64,000 bases of DNA from an uncultured Actinomycetota bacterium (GTDB taxonomy: Bacteria > Actinomycetota > Actinomycetes > JAHEKZ01): the NCBI GenBank assembly GCA_963743915.1, contig CAVURN010000002.1, forward strand, positions 64,001 through 128,000, written 5' to 3'. The first letter of the stretch is position 1. Each line of letters starts with the position of its first letter. The translations under genes and the position numbers were made by a program. This document shows positions 1-11,776 of the stretch, one piece after another. Under the pieces are notes generated by a model, which was given only the letters and a program-made list of their open reading frames with translations, ran no database searches and was not told the origin of the DNA.

Positions 1-540
1 GCAGCCCACGAGCACGGGCTGGGGACGCGGCTCCACGCGGAGGAGATCGCCCACACCGGCGCGGCGGACCTCGCCGCCGAGCTCGGGTGCGCCAGCGCTG
101 ACCACCTCGAGCACGTCACACCGCAGGGAGCCGCAGCCATGGCGTCCGCCGGTGTCGTGGGGGTGCTGCTGCCGACCGTCACACTCTCGCTGCGCACCTT
201 CGCGTTCAGCCAGTACGCCGTGCTCCGCGACGCCGGTGTGTCGCTCGCGCTGTCGACGGACTGCAACCCGGGTACGTCGTGGTGCGAGTCCATGCCGTAC
301 GTGGTGCAGCTCGCCTGCCTCGTGTACGGGATGCCTGTGCCGGACGCGCTATGGGCCGCCACCCGAGGGGGAGCAGCCGCCCTTCGACGCGACGACGTCG
401 GACGCGTGGACGTCGGGCACCCAGGTGACCTGGCCGTCCTCGATGTCGAGCACGAGGCTGACCTGGTCGCGCACCTTGGCACCGCGGGCTGCGCCGCCAC
501 GGTGCTCGGGGGCCAGATCTGGGCACCGCCCGCTGGCTAG
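1..540 (+). CDS. hutI: Imidazolonepropionase, C-terminal part (5' truncated by window)
   Basis: Frame open from base 1: RLHAEE, ASADHLEH, ALSTDCNPGTS, ATRGGAAAL amidohydrolase/HutI motifs. Confidence 0.85.
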   Translation, partial: AAHEHGLGTRLHAEEIAHTGAADLAAELGCASADHLEHVTPQGAAAMASAGVVGVLLPTVTLSLRTFAFSQYAVLRDAGVSLALSTDCNPGTSWCESMPYVVQLACLVYGMPVPDALWAATRGGAAALRRDDVGRVDVGHPGDLAVLDVEHEADLVAHLGTAGCAATVLGGQIWAPPAG

Positions 541-546
541 GGTGAC

Positions 547-984
547 GTGATGAGCGCTGCCGACGAAGGGCGGGACGAGGCCTCCGACCCGCCGGGCCCG
601 GACTGGCTGTACCGGTGGCGCATGCGGCTCATCGGCCAGAGCCGGGCACGACAGCTGGCCTGGCGGATCTTCATCACCGTCCTGGGTGGGGCGATCACGC
701 TCGCTGGGATCGGCATGCTGGCCCTCCCGGGGCCGGGATGGGCCGTCATCTTCCTCGGCCTGGCCGTCCTCGCCTCCGAGTACGTCTGGGCTCGACGCCT
801 CCTGCGCTACACCAAGGACCGGGCGCAAGGTGCCGCCTCGACGGTGCTGGCGAAGGAGAACCGCGCCCTCGCTCTGAGCCTGCTGCTTGTCGTACTGCTG
901 CTCGTGGCTGCGCTCGTCTCGTGGTACGTCTACCGCTACGGATGGACCCTCGATGGCGCCCTCGGGTGGTTCGGGCTCAACTGA
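547..984 (+). CDS. PGPGW-domain (TIGR02611-like) membrane protein
   Basis: LALPGPGWAVIFLGLAVLASEYVWA motif, three hydrophobic segments. Confidence 0.8.
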   Translation: MMSAADEGRDEASDPPGPDWLYRWRMRLIGQSRARQLAWRIFITVLGGAITLAGIGMLALPGPGWAVIFLGLAVLASEYVWARRLLRYTKDRAQGAASTVLAKENRALALSLLLVVLLLVAALVSWYVYRYGWTLDGALGWFGLN

Positions 985-1037
985 CGCGCTGCGCTAGGCT
1001 GCTGCGGCACCCAGAGACCTCGTCGGTCGCGGGTCCA

Positions 1038-1114
1038 GGGCGGTTAGCTCAGTTGGTTAGAGCGCTTCGTTCACACCGAAGAGGTCGGCGGTTCGAGTCC
1101 GCCATCGCCCACCA
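1038..1114 (+). tRNA. tRNA-Val (anticodon CAC), CCA encoded
   Basis: GGGCGGT acceptor/ATCGCCC-A-CCA, D-arm AGCTCAGTTGGTTAGAGC, anticodon arm CTTCG-TT-CAC-AC-CGAAG, T-loop GTTCGAG. Confidence 0.97.
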
Positions 1115-1139
1115 CGAGGCGCGCAGTTGAGAATGGAGC

Positions 1140-1616
1140 ATGCACTCCGTCCGCGAGCTCTCCACCCCGGATTCCGGTGATCTTGGAGCACTTGCCGACC
1201 TCTTCGACCTGTACCGGATCCACTACGGCCAGGCGGCTGAGCCCGGCCGATCAGCGCCTTGGCTGGCAGACCAGCTCCAGACGGGACGGTTGAAGATTTT
1301 CGTGGCCGAGCGGAACTCGGCGATGGTGGGCTTCGCGACCGCGGCTCCGATTCCTGCGTCGCTGCGGCTCGGCCACTGGTGGCAGATCCGTGACCTGTTC
1401 GTCGCGCCGGAGCAGCGTCGCCTCGGCATCGCTCTCTCCCTGCTGGACGCCATCCGCACAGCAGCCGAGGCGTCGGGAGCATTGCGACTGGGTCTGCAGA
1501 CCGAAGTGGACAACGCATCGGCCTTGGCGCTCTACCGCGAGGCCGGGTACACGTCCGTCATGGGCTATCGGGGTCTGACGCTTCCCTTGGACGGTGCTGC
1601 TGTCAGCTCGGGGTGA
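1140..1616 (+). CDS. GNAT family N-acetyltransferase
   Basis: DLFVAPEQRRLGIA (motif A) and NASALALYREAGY (motif B). Confidence 0.88.
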   Translation: MHSVRELSTPDSGDLGALADLFDLYRIHYGQAAEPGRSAPWLADQLQTGRLKIFVAERNSAMVGFATAAPIPASLRLGHWWQIRDLFVAPEQRRLGIALSLLDAIRTAAEASGALRLGLQTEVDNASALALYREAGYTSVMGYRGLTLPLDGAAVSSG

Positions 1617-2745
1617 TGACCCGGACCACGGAGTTGAAGGTGTCGGCGATGATGAGACGACCTTGGTCGTCGACCGTCAGGCCGCGTGGGTTGTAGAAGC
1701 GGGCCGCCGAGGCAGGACCGCCGTCGCCGCTGAACCCGCTGGGCCCGCCCGCCACGGTGGAGATGATGCCGGTCGACAGGTCCAGCTTGCGGATCCGGTG
1801 GTTGCCCGAGTCGGCGACGTACAGCGTGCCGTCCCCGTCGAGGGCCACTCCACGAGGCTTGCGGAGCAGCGCCGCGGTGCCCTGCCCGCCGTCGCCGCCG
1901 AAGCCCGCCGCGCCGCGTCCGGCCACCGTGGTGATCACACCGGTCTGCGCATCGACGCGACGGACGCGGTTGTTGCCGGAGTCCGCGATGTAGATGTTTC
2001 CGACCGAGTCGATCGCGATGCGCTGGGGTGAGTTCAGTCGAGCAGCCAAGGCCGAGCCACCGTCCCCGCTGTACCCGACCACACCGGTGCCCGCGACCGT
2101 CGTCACGATGCCGGTCGTGAGGTCGAGCCTGCGCACTCTGTTGCTGAGGTCGGCGACGAAGAGCGCGCCGCCGAAGAGTGCGACGGACTTGGGGTTCTTC
2201 AGCTGCGACCTCGTCCCCAGCACGCCATCGGCGCCGATTCCGGCCGCCCCGGTTCCCAGGACGGTCGTGATGATCCCCGTGGTCGCGTCGATGCGGCGGA
2301 CGCGGTGGTGCGCCGAGTCGGCAAGGTAGATCGTCCCGTCATCGGCGACCGTGACGTCGTGCGGCCACTTCAGCCGCGCCTGGGTGGCCAGGATGTTGTC
2401 TCCGTTGTAGGCCGTCCCACCGGTCCCGGCCACCGTGGTGATGATCCCGGTGACCGCGTCGATCCGGCGGATCCGCTGGTTGTAGGTGTCCGCCACGTAG
2501 AGGGAGCCGTCCGGACCCATGGCGGTGTCGCGCGGCAGGTTGACGTTGGCGCTCAGCGCCGAACCACCGTCACCGGAGAACGTCTGCGCGCCGGTTCCGG
2601 CCACCCGGCTGACCGTGTCGGTCGGCACCACGGCGTCGGCGTGTACCAGCGGCAGCACACCCACTGTCAGCGCGACCACCGCCAGCAGCAGGGTGCGCGC
2701 AGCGCCGGCCCTGATGGCAGGGGCGGTGCGGGTGGTCGGCAGCAT
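1603..2745 (-). CDS. Secreted NHL-repeat beta-propeller protein
   Basis: Signal peptide followed by about six TVAGxG..GDGG.A..A.L..P......G.LY.AD..N.R.R repeats; RBS GAAGGG before ATG 2745. Confidence 0.88.
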   Translation of the reverse strand: MLPTTRTAPAIRAGAARTLLLAVVALTVGVLPLVHADAVVPTDTVSRVAGTGAQTFSGDGGSALSANVNLPRDTAMGPDGSLYVADTYNQRIRRIDAVTGIITTVAGTGGTAYNGDNILATQARLKWPHDVTVADDGTIYLADSAHHRVRRIDATTGIITTVLGTGAAGIGADGVLGTRSQLKNPKSVALFGGALFVADLSNRVRRLDLTTGIVTTVAGTGVVGYSGDGGSALAARLNSPQRIAIDSVGNIYIADSGNNRVRRVDAQTGVITTVAGRGAAGFGGDGGQGTAALLRKPRGVALDGDGTLYVADSGNHRIRKLDLSTGIISTVAGGPSGFSGDGGPASAARFYNPRGLTVDDQGRLIIADTFNSVVRVITPS

Positions 2746-2843
2746 CGCTGTTCCCTTCGTCGTACGTCGTTCCACGATGGGGGGTGGGCTTACTCCGTCG
2801 CAAGCGGATCGACAGAAGTAACAGGGCCACTACTCTCTGTGCG

Positions 2844-3914
2844 ATGGACGTCGACGCCTTCGACCGCTATCTCCAGAGCCGCAGTGACGCCGATCTCTTC
2901 GCAGGCGTGGTCCGTCTCGAGCAGGACCAGCCGGACGGCACCGCGGTGACGCTGCTGGAGAAGGGTTACGGACTCGCCAGCCGCGCTTGGCAGATTCCGT
3001 GCACGCCGGACATCCGCTTCGACACCGCCTCGATCACCAAGCTGTTCACCGCGGTGGCAGTGCTGCAGCAGGTCGAAGCAGGAGCGTTCGGGCTCGACAC
3101 CTCGGTGACGGACTACCTCGGTCTCACCGGGACGCAGATCTCCGCGGACGTGACGCCCTACCACCTGCTCACCCACAGCTCCGGGATCGCCGACGACGCG
3201 GACGAGGAGGCGGGCGAGGAGTACGAGGACCTCTTTCGCGACCGCCCCAACTACGCGGTCCGGGTGACCAGGGACTTCCTGCCCAGCTTCGTGCACAAGA
3301 AGCCGAACTTCCCGCCCGGTCAGGGATGCCGCTACTGCAACGTCAGCTACGTGCTGCTCGGGCTGATGGTCGAGGTCGCGACGGGACGCTCCTACCGCGA
3401 GTACGTGACCGACCGGGTGTTCGTCCCGGCGGGCATGAAGGACGCGCTCTTCGCCTCCATGGACGTCGTCACCCCGCGGATCGCGGAAGGAGCGGAGCCG
3501 CTGCACGACGACGACGGAGCGACCGTCGGGTGGCGCCGGAACATCTACTCCTACCCTCCGATCGGCTCTCCCGACGGCGGCGCGCATGTGACGGCAGGGG
3601 ACCTCGTGGCCTTCCACGACGCGCTGCGCTCCGAGCGGTTGCTGTCCGCCGAGATGACCGAGGCCATGCTCCGGCCTCACGTCCGCAAGGCTCCGCGAGG
3701 AACCGGTACCCACCACGCCGGCTTCGGGCTCGAGTTCGCCACGGATGCCAAGGGCGAAGTGACGGCCTACTGGAAGGAGGGGATGAACGTGGGGGTGAGC
3801 GGCATCCTGAGCCACTACCCGTCCTCGGGCATCACCATGGTCATCCTCAGCACCCTCCAGGACGGGGCCTGGGAGCCACGGGCAGATCTCGAAGCGCTGC
3901 TCGGGGTGGACTGA
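2844..3914 (+). CDS. Serine hydrolase, beta-lactamase (class C/PBP-like) family
   Basis: SxxK (ASITK), LLTHSSG, YxN (YCN). Confidence 0.88.
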   Translation: MDVDAFDRYLQSRSDADLFAGVVRLEQDQPDGTAVTLLEKGYGLASRAWQIPCTPDIRFDTASITKLFTAVAVLQQVEAGAFGLDTSVTDYLGLTGTQISADVTPYHLLTHSSGIADDADEEAGEEYEDLFRDRPNYAVRVTRDFLPSFVHKKPNFPPGQGCRYCNVSYVLLGLMVEVATGRSYREYVTDRVFVPAGMKDALFASMDVVTPRIAEGAEPLHDDDGATVGWRRNIYSYPPIGSPDGGAHVTAGDLVAFHDALRSERLLSAEMTEAMLRPHVRKAPRGTGTHHAGFGLEFATDAKGEVTAYWKEGMNVGVSGILSHYPSSGITMVILSTLQDGAWEPRADLEALLGVD

Positions 3915-3980
3915 CCCGCTGCTCGGCGCGTCCGCGCGGCGGTGGTTGTGCCGACCCGACTCACCCCGCAAGGTGGGTGC

Positions 3981-5211
3981 ATGCAACCTCGTGGGATCGC
4001 CGCTGCTGCCGTTGCCGCTGCCTTGGTGCTGGGGGTGACCTCCGTCGCTCCCGGCGCCGCTGACGTCGCCAACCCGCCCGCGCAACGGTCGAGCCCCGCC
4101 GCAACCGCCACCGAGCGCGCGCCGCTGCGCGCCTTCGACGTGCGATGGCGTCGCGTGGTCTCCGGTCTCTCCGCCCCGACCGAGGTCACCTCGGCCCCGG
4201 ACGGCCGCAAGCGGCTCTTCGTCGTCGAGAAGGGGGGCACCGTCCGGATCGTGCGGAAGGGCAACGTCGTCGGACGCCCCTACCTCTCGATCGGCGGGCG
4301 GATCGACGCGTCCGGCGAGGGCGGGCTGCTGTCGGTCGCGTTCAGCCCCACCTTCCGGAGGGACGGACTTCTCTTCCTCACGTACGTGAGTGATGGCGAC
4401 GGGGACCTGGTGGTCGGCCGGATGAAGGCCCGCCGGCCGGGCGCCACGCACGTCCGCGCGCAGACCCTCAAAACGGTGCTCCGGGTCAACCACCCGGTGA
4501 ACGACAACCACTACGGGGGCCAGCTCGCGTTCGACTCCCAGCGCCGCCTCTACGTCGGCGTCGGCGACGGAGGTGGCGGAGGTGACCCGTTCAACGCGGC
4601 CGGTGACCGCTCGGACCTGCGCGGCAAGATCCTGCGCGTCGACCCGTTCTCGTCGTGCGCCGACCGGCGCTACTGCGTACCGAGCGACAACCCGTTCGTG
4701 GGCCGGAAGGGCAAGGACGAGATCTGGCTGATGGGTCTGCGGAACCCGTGGCGCTTCAGCATCGACCCCCGCACCCAGAAGCTGTGGATCGGTGACGTCG
4801 GCCAAGACGCCTGGGAGGAGGTCGACGTGGTCGGCCCGAACCCACGCCGCATCCACCTCGGCTGGTCGTGCAAGGAGGGTCGCGCGACGTACAACGCGAC
4901 CCGTTGTCGGCCCCTCTGTCGACTACCTCGGGCCCGCGGCCGTCGTGCCCCACCCGCAGGGGGAGTCCATCACCGGCGGCTACGTGTACCGCGGCGAGCG
5001 TTACCGCGCCCGGATCGGCGGTGCGTACGTCTTTGCCGACTTCGTCACCCGGCGGGTGTGGCTCTACCGGGAGGGCACCGGCAAGGTGCTGCAGGACGCA
5101 CGGTTGGGCACCGGAGGAGGACCCACCTCCTTCGGGCGCGACGACCGCGGCGAGATCTATGCGGTCACCTACGACGGCGTCCTGTGGCGGATGCACGTCA
5201 GGAGGGGCTGA
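3981..5211 (+). CDS. Secreted PQQ-dependent sugar dehydrogenase (GSDH family), frameshift near 4910
   Basis: EGGLLSVAF, NHYGGQLAF, GLRNPWRFS, DVGQDAWEEVD; C-terminal SITGGYVYRG..SFG.D continues in +1 frame. Confidence 0.85.
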
Positions 5212-5294
5212 CGGCAGACAACTGACGCGAGAGGACCGCGTCCTCCTCGATACGATCGACGAGGCAGCCACCCGCAACGACCCGAGGAGTCCCC

Positions 5295-7286
5295 GTGTCC
5301 GACCTTCGCATCACCGTTGCCGGCAACGCGCAACAGGTGGCGTCGGGCACCACCGCGGCTGATCTGTTCGTCGACGACCGTACGGTGGTCGTGGCCCGCG
5401 TCAACGGAGAGCTGCGTGACCTCGACCGTCCGCTGGCCGACGGTGACGTGGTCGAGCCGGTGACGCTCGACTCCGAGGACGGCCTGGCCGTGCTGCGCCA
5501 CTCGTGCGCGCACGTGCTCGCACAGGCGGTCCAGGACACCTTTGCCGACGCCAAGCTCGGCATCGGACCGCCGATCCAGGACGGCTTCTACTACGACTTC
5601 GACGTCGACACGCCCTTCCACCCCGACGACCTCAAGCGCCTCGAGAAGCGCATGCAGCAGATCATCAAGTCCGGCCAGCGCTTCGGACGCCGGGTGGTCA
5701 CCGAGGAGCAGGCACGCGCCGAGCTCGTCGACGAGCCGTACAAGCTCGAGCTCATCGGTCTCAAGGGCGGCGGTCCCGTCGACGCCGACGTGATGGAGGT
5801 CGGTGGCGCAGAGCTGACGATCTACGAGAACGTCGACGCCAGGAGCGGTGAGCGCCAGTGGCAGGACCTCTGTCGCGGCCCTCACCTGCCGTCGACGCGT
5901 CAGATCCCGGCGTTCAAGCTGATGCGCACCGCTGCCGCCTACTGGCGAGGGAGCGAGAAGAACCCGCAGCTGCAGCGCATCTACGGCACCGCGTGGCCGA
6001 GCAAGGACGCGCCAGGCGAGCTACCTGAACTTCCTGGAGGAGGCCGAGAAGCGCGACCACCGCCGACTCGGCACCGAGCTCGACCTCTTCAGCTTCCCGG
6101 AGGAGATCGGCTCGGGGCTCGCGGTCTTCCACCCCAAGGGTGGCGTCGTGCGCAAGGTGATGGAGGACTACTCGCGCGTCCGCCACGAGCAGGCGGGCTA
6201 CGAGTTCGTCTACTCGCCGCACATCACCAAGCAGGCGCTCTTCGAGACCTCCGGGCACCTCGACTGGTACGCCGACGGCATGTACCCGCCGATGCACCTC
6301 GACGCCGACTACGACGACGACGGGAACGTCCGGCGACCGGGGCAGAACTACTACCTCAAGCCGATGAACTGCCCGTTCCACAACCTGATCTTCCGGTCCC
6401 GCGGTCGCTCGTACCGCGAGCTGCCGCTGCGGCTCTTCGAGTTCGGGTCGGTCTACCGGTACGAGAAGTCCGGGGTGGTGCACGGCCTCACCCGGGTCCG
6501 GGGGATGACGCAGGACGACGCGCACATCTACTGCACGAAGGAGCAGATGCCGGCAGAGCTCGACAGCCTGCTCACCTTCGTGCTCGACCTGCTGCGCGAC
6601 TACGGCCTCGACGACTTCTACCTCGAGCTCTCCACGCGCGACCCCGAGAAGTTCGTCGGCACCGACGCCGAGTGGGCGGAAGCCACGGAGACGCTTCGGC
6701 TGGCCGCGGAGAAGCAGGATCTCGACCTGCGTCATGGACGAGGGCGGCGCCGCCTTCTACGGACCGAAGATCTCGGTTCAGGCCAAGGATGCGATCGGAC
6801 GCACCTGGCAGATGTCGACGATCCAGGTCGACTTCCAGCTGCCGCAGCGCTTCGAGCTGGAGTACCAGGCCGCCGACGGGACCCGGCAGCAGCCGGTGAT
6901 GATCCACCGCGCGCTCTTCGGGTCGATCGAGCGCTTCTTCGGGGTGCTGCTCGAGCACTACGCCGGCGCCTTCCCTGCCTGGCTCGCGCCGGTCCAGGTC
7001 GTCGGCATCCCGATCTCCGACGCCCACGTCGACTACCTTGCCGAGGTCGTCGCCGCAGCTGCGCGCGCAGGGGATCCGCGTCGAGGTCGACGCGTCCGAC
7101 GACCGGATGCAGAAGAAGATCCGGACCGCGCAGAAGCAGAAGGTGCCCTACATGCTGATCGCCGGCGACGAGGACGTCGGCCAGGGTGCAGTCTCGTTCC
7201 GCTTCCGTGACGGCAGCCAGGAGAACGGGATCCCGGTCGCGGACGCGGTCGCGCGCATCGTCGCCGACGTCGCGGCCCGACGGTAG
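5295..7286 (+). CDS. thrS: Threonine--tRNA ligase, three apparent +1 frameshifts (~6010, ~6730, ~7050)
   Basis: TGS domain, [44 protein letters not shown], anticodon-binding domain over successive frames. Confidence 0.95.
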
Positions 7287-7296
7287 GACGATCGCG

Positions 7297-7827
7297 GTGG
7301 CGTCGGACGACATGGCATCAGGCTCTGGACTCCGGACCGCCTCGCCTACATCCAGGGCGAGAACCGCCCCGACTCCGACGAGGCGGGGGACGACCTGCCC
7401 CTTCTGCCGGGCACCGAGCGACCCTGAGGAGTCGTCGCTCGTGGTGCACCGCGGGGAGCACGCCTACGTCGTCCTCAACCTCTACCCGTACAACCCCGGG
7501 CACGCACTGGTCTGCACCTACCGTCACGTGGCCGCCTACGTCGACCTGTCCGCTGCCGAGCGCCACGAGGTGGCCGACCTGACCCGTCAGACGGTCCTGG
7601 CGCTGCAGGCGGCGTCCGCGCCGCACGGCTTCAACCTCGGCATGAACCAGGGCTCCGTGGGAGGCGCGGGGATCGCCGCGCACCTGCACCAGCACGTGGT
7701 CCCGCGCTGGGGTGGCGACACCAACTTCATGCCGGTGGTGGCTCAGACCAAGGTGATGCCGCAGTCACTTCCCGACACCCGCGACGCCCTCCGCGCGGCC
7801 TGGCCGAGCGACCAGCCGTCCGGGTAG
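7297..7827 (+). CDS. HIT family hydrolase (Ap4A phosphorylase-like), N-terminus frameshifted
   Basis: CPFC, LNLYPYNPGH, HLHQHVVPRW; conserved position after thrS. Confidence 0.88.
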   Translation: MASDDMASGSGLRTASPTSRARTAPTPTRRGTTCPFCRAPSDPEESSLVVHRGEHAYVVLNLYPYNPGHALVCTYRHVAAYVDLSAAERHEVADLTRQTVLALQAASAPHGFNLGMNQGSVGGAGIAAHLHQHVVPRWGGDTNFMPVVAQTKVMPQSLPDTRDALRAAWPSDQPSG

Positions 7828-7845
7828 ACCACGTGCGGCATGACG

Positions 7846-9994
7846 TCACCGCTGCGACTCGGCCTGCACCTTTGTCGCCACCTGTGGAGGCATCGGTTCG
7901 TGCCGCACGTACCGACGGGTGAAGGTGCCGGTGCCGTGCGACATCGAGCGCAGGTCGATGGCGTAGCGCACGATCTCCATCTGCGGCACCTCGGCCCGGA
8001 CGAGGGTGCGACCGCCACCGCCGACCGGTTCGGTGCCGACCACGTGGCCCCGGCGCGACGAGAGGTCACCCATGACGGCACCCACGTAGTCGTCGTCGAC
8101 CAGCACCGCGACCTCGTCGTACGGCTCGAGGAGCGACACCTGCGTGTGCTCGGCCGCGTCGCGAAGGGCGAGGCCACCGGCCATCTGGAACGCCATGTCC
8201 GACGAGTCGACCGAGTGGGCCTTGCCGTCGACCAGGGTCACCCGGATGTCGACGACGGGGTAGCCGGCTGACACGCCTTTCTCCATCTGTGCCCGGACAC
8301 CCTTCTCGACGCTCGGGATGAACTGCCGCGGGACGCTTCCCCCCACCACCTTGTCGACGAACTCGAAACCAGTGCCCTGCGGCAGCGGTTCCACCTCGAT
8401 GTCGCACACGGCGAACTGGCCGTGTCCGCCGGACTGCTTGACGTGGCGTCCGTGGCCCTTGGACGAGGCGGCGAACGACTCGCGCAGCGAGACGCGCAAC
8501 GGGACGGTGTCGACCGAGACCCCGTAGCGGTTGGCCAGTCGGTCGAGGAGCACGTCGATGTGTGCCTCGCCCATGGTCCAGAGCACCACCTGCCCGGTCT
8601 CGGCGCTGTGGTCGAGGCGGATCGTCGGGTCCTCGGCGACGAGCCGACCGAGCCCCTGGGAGAGCTTGTCCTCGTCGGCCTTGCTGCGGGCCACGATGGC
8701 GATCGGCAGGAGGGGCTCGGGCATCTGCCACGGCTCCATGAGCAGCGGGGTCTCCTTGTCCGACAACGTGTCACCGGTCTCGGCCCTGGTCAGCTTGGCG
8801 ACGGCGCAGACGTCACCGGCGATGGCCTTGGTGAGGGTGCGCTGGACCTTGCCCAGCGGGGACGAGATCGCCCCGACCTTCTCGTCGACGTCGTGGTCCT
8901 CGTGGCCCGCGGTCCTCCATGCCGTGCCCCGAGACGTGGAGCACGGTGTCGGGTCGGAGCGTCCCGCTGAACACCCGGACCAGGCTGATGCGTCCGACGT
9001 AGGGGTCGCTGACGGTCTTGACCACCTCCGCGACCAGTGGGCCGTTGACGTCAGGAGACAGTGGCCCCCGTGGGTCGCCGCCGGGAGTGGTCACCGGCGG
9101 GACGGTGTGCTCCAGCGGGCTCGGGAAACCGCGCGTCATGACCTCGAGCAGCTCCGGCAGCCCCATGCCGGTGGAGGCCGCCACCGGGACCACCGGGTAG
9201 AACGACCCCCGTGCGACCGCCTTCTCCAGGTCGGTGATCAAGGTCTCGAGGTCGATGTCCTCGCCACCGAGGTAGCGGTCCATCAAGGTCTCGTCCTCGC
9301 TCTCGGCGATGATCGCCTCGATGAGCGCGGCGCGGGCCGGCTCGATCAGCTCGACGTGCTGCGGCTCCGGCTCCCGTTCGACCCTGGTCCCGGACGAGTA
9401 GTCGTCGACGCGCTGCGACAGCAGCGCGATGAGTCCGGCCACCGAGTCGTCGTCGGCGAGCATGGGCAGGTACAACGGCATGACCCCGTCGCCGAAGGCC
9501 GTCTGCGCTGAGGTCAGTGCCTCGTCGTAGTCGGCGCGCGGGGCGTCCAGCTTGGTGACGACCACCGCCCGAGGCATGCCGACGGCACCGCACTCCTCCC
9601 AGAGCTGGCGGGTGGTGCCGTCGACGCCGTCCGTCGCGGCGATCACGAAGAGCGCCGCGTCGGCGGCCCGGAGTCCGGCCCGCAGGTCGCCGACGAAGTC
9701 GGCGTAGCCGGGGGTGTCGAGCAGGTTGACCTTGACGCCGTCGTGGACCAGCGGTGCCAGGCTGAGGGAGACACTGCGCTGCTGGCGGTGCTCGGCCTCG
9801 TCGAAGTCGGACACCGTGGTGCCGTCCTCGACGCGGCCCGCGCGGGTGATGGTTCCGGTGGCGGCCAGCAACGCCTCGACCAGTGTGGTCTTGCCTGCTC
9901 CGCTGTGACCCACGAGGACCACGTTGCGGATCTCGGCCGGGTTGCTGACCGCTGGTGCAGCGCCGCCGCCGACGCCACCTCCCTTGTCTGCCAT
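7846..9994 (-). CDS. Elongation factor G-like protein EF-G2, frameshifted near 8800-8900
   Basis: GHSGAGKTT, DTPGYADF, TKLD, KQSGGHGQF, HSVDSSDMAF. Confidence 0.9.
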
Positions 9995-10216
9995 GGCGTG
10001 CTCCTTCGCTCGGGGAGCGGCTCGTCCACGCCTGGTGTGGCCCTGACGTGGGCCCTGGTGTGGACTCAGCCGCTTCGGCACCCCACCTTGGTCGCCCCGG
10101 GACCTGGGGGCAAGGGACCAACGGACCGACCCCTGCCGTGGCCGCTCCGGTCGCTACCCTCGCCTGAAGAGCGGCGCCGGACCTGCGGCACCCTCGGAGC
10201 GGACGGGAGCGGCGGC

Positions 10217-10837
10217 GTGGGCGGGTTCACCGACTCCGGGCGCGTGGTCGCGGGTCGGGTGTTCACCCCCGTGGCGCGGGTGCTGCTCCGGCTCGGGGTC
10301 AGTCCGGACGCCGTGACCGTGGTCGGGACGGTCGGGACCGCCGTCGCGGCCCTGTACTTCTTCCCGCGCGGCGACCTGCTCGTCGGGCACCCTGGTGATC
10401 TGCCTCTTCGTCTTCTCCGACTCGCTCGACGGCACGATGGCGCGACTCGCCGGTCGACCCTCGACCTGGGGCGCCTTCCTCGACTCGACGCTCGACCGCG
10501 TCGCCGACGCGGCGATCTTCTGCGGCCTCGCCCTGTGGTACGCGGGCGACGGCGACGACCTGACGATGGCGGCGGTGACTCTGGCGGCGCTGGTCGGGGG
10601 ACTCCTCGTGTCCTACGCCCGGGCACGCGCGGAGGGGCTGGGCGCGGACGCGAGCACCGGAATCGCCGAGCGGACCGAGCGACTCGTGCTGACCCTGGCC
10701 GCGGCTGGACTGAGCGGCATCTTCGATGCGCCATGGATCCTGGCAGGCCGGGACTGATCATCGTGGCTGCTCTGGCCTGGGTGACCGTGCTCCAGCGGAT
10801 CTGGGCGGTTCGCAGCCAGCTCCTCGTCCGAGGCTGA
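10217..10837 (+). CDS. pgsA: Phosphatidylinositol phosphate synthase (CDP-alcohol phosphatidyltransferase), frameshifted
   Basis: DSLDGTMAR...GAFLDSTLDRVAD signature; first gene of PIM operon. Confidence 0.88.
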   Translation: MGGFTDSGRVVAGRVFTPVARVLLRLGVSPDAVTVVGTVGTAVAALYFFPRGDLLVGHPGDLPLRLLRLARRHDGATRRSTLDLGRLPRLDARPRRRRGDLLRPRPVVRGRRRRPDDGGGDSGGAGRGTPRVLRPGTRGGAGRGREHRNRRADRATRADPGRGWTERHLRCAMDPGRPGLIIVAALAWVTVLQRIWAVRSQLLVRG

Positions 10838-10841
10838 CGCG

Positions 10842-11739
10842 GTGCGCGCACAGCTGTCGTCGGCCGCCTACCGCACGGGATGGACGCTGTCCCAACGCCT
10901 TCCCGAGGCCTGGGTGGCCCGCGCGTTCGACTACGGCGCCGAGCGCACCTGGCGCGGGCAAGGGCGTGGTGTGCGGCAGCTGCGGGCGAACCTGCGCCGG
11001 GTGCACCCCGAGCTGGACGCCGAGGCGCTCGATGCGCTCACCCGTGCCGGACTCCACTCGTACCTGCGCTACTGGCGTGAGGCATTCCGGCTGCCCCGCT
11101 GGTCACCGGAGGAGATCGACCGACGGATCGTCAGCTCGGGAGAGGACCGCCTCTTCGGGCCGCTCGACCAACGACGCGGCGTGGTCGCCGTCCTCGGGCA
11201 CTTCGGCAACTGGGACCACGGTGGCGTGTGGGTGACCACGCGCGGCTACGGCCTGACCACCGTCGCGGAGCGACTCCAGCCTGAGTCGCTCTACGACCGC
11301 TTCGTCGCGTACCGCGAGTCGCTGGGCATGGAGGTGCTGCCGCTGTCCGGCGGACCGGAGGTGACGCCGGTCCTGCAGGCGCGGCTCCGCGCCGGTGGAT
11401 TGGTGGCGCTCCTGGCCGACCGGGACCTGAGCGGCACCGGGCTGGAGGTGGAGGTGCTCGGCGAGCCGGCGCGGCTCCCGGTCGGGCCGGCGCTGCTGGC
11501 CGAACGCACCGAGTCGGTGCTGCTGCCGGTGATCTCGAGCTACGAAGGGGCGCGGACCCGCCTGGACTTCCTGCCGCCGCTGACCAGCGGACGCCGTGGG
11601 CCTCCGCGACCGCGTCCACGACCTGACCCGGCAGTGGGCCGACGTGATCGGAGTCGCCGCTCGGCAGCACGCCGTCGACTGGCACATGCTGCAGCCGGTG
11701 TGGACCGCCGACGTCCCGCAGCGCGAGCGGGTCCGGTGA
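10842..11739 (+). CDS. Phosphatidylinositol mannoside acyltransferase (PatA-like), frameshift near 11600
   Basis: HFGNWD, VALLADRDL, DWHMLQPVW in shifted frame; between pgsA and pimA. Confidence 0.85.
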
Positions 11740-11776
11740 GACACATGGAGCAGGCCATTGACGTGAGGCGGGTCCC

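Noticed and set aside
5295-7286. thrS as pseudogene or programmed frameshift
   Set aside because: Essential gene with all motifs intact and no slippery sites at the breaks; assembly error is simpler
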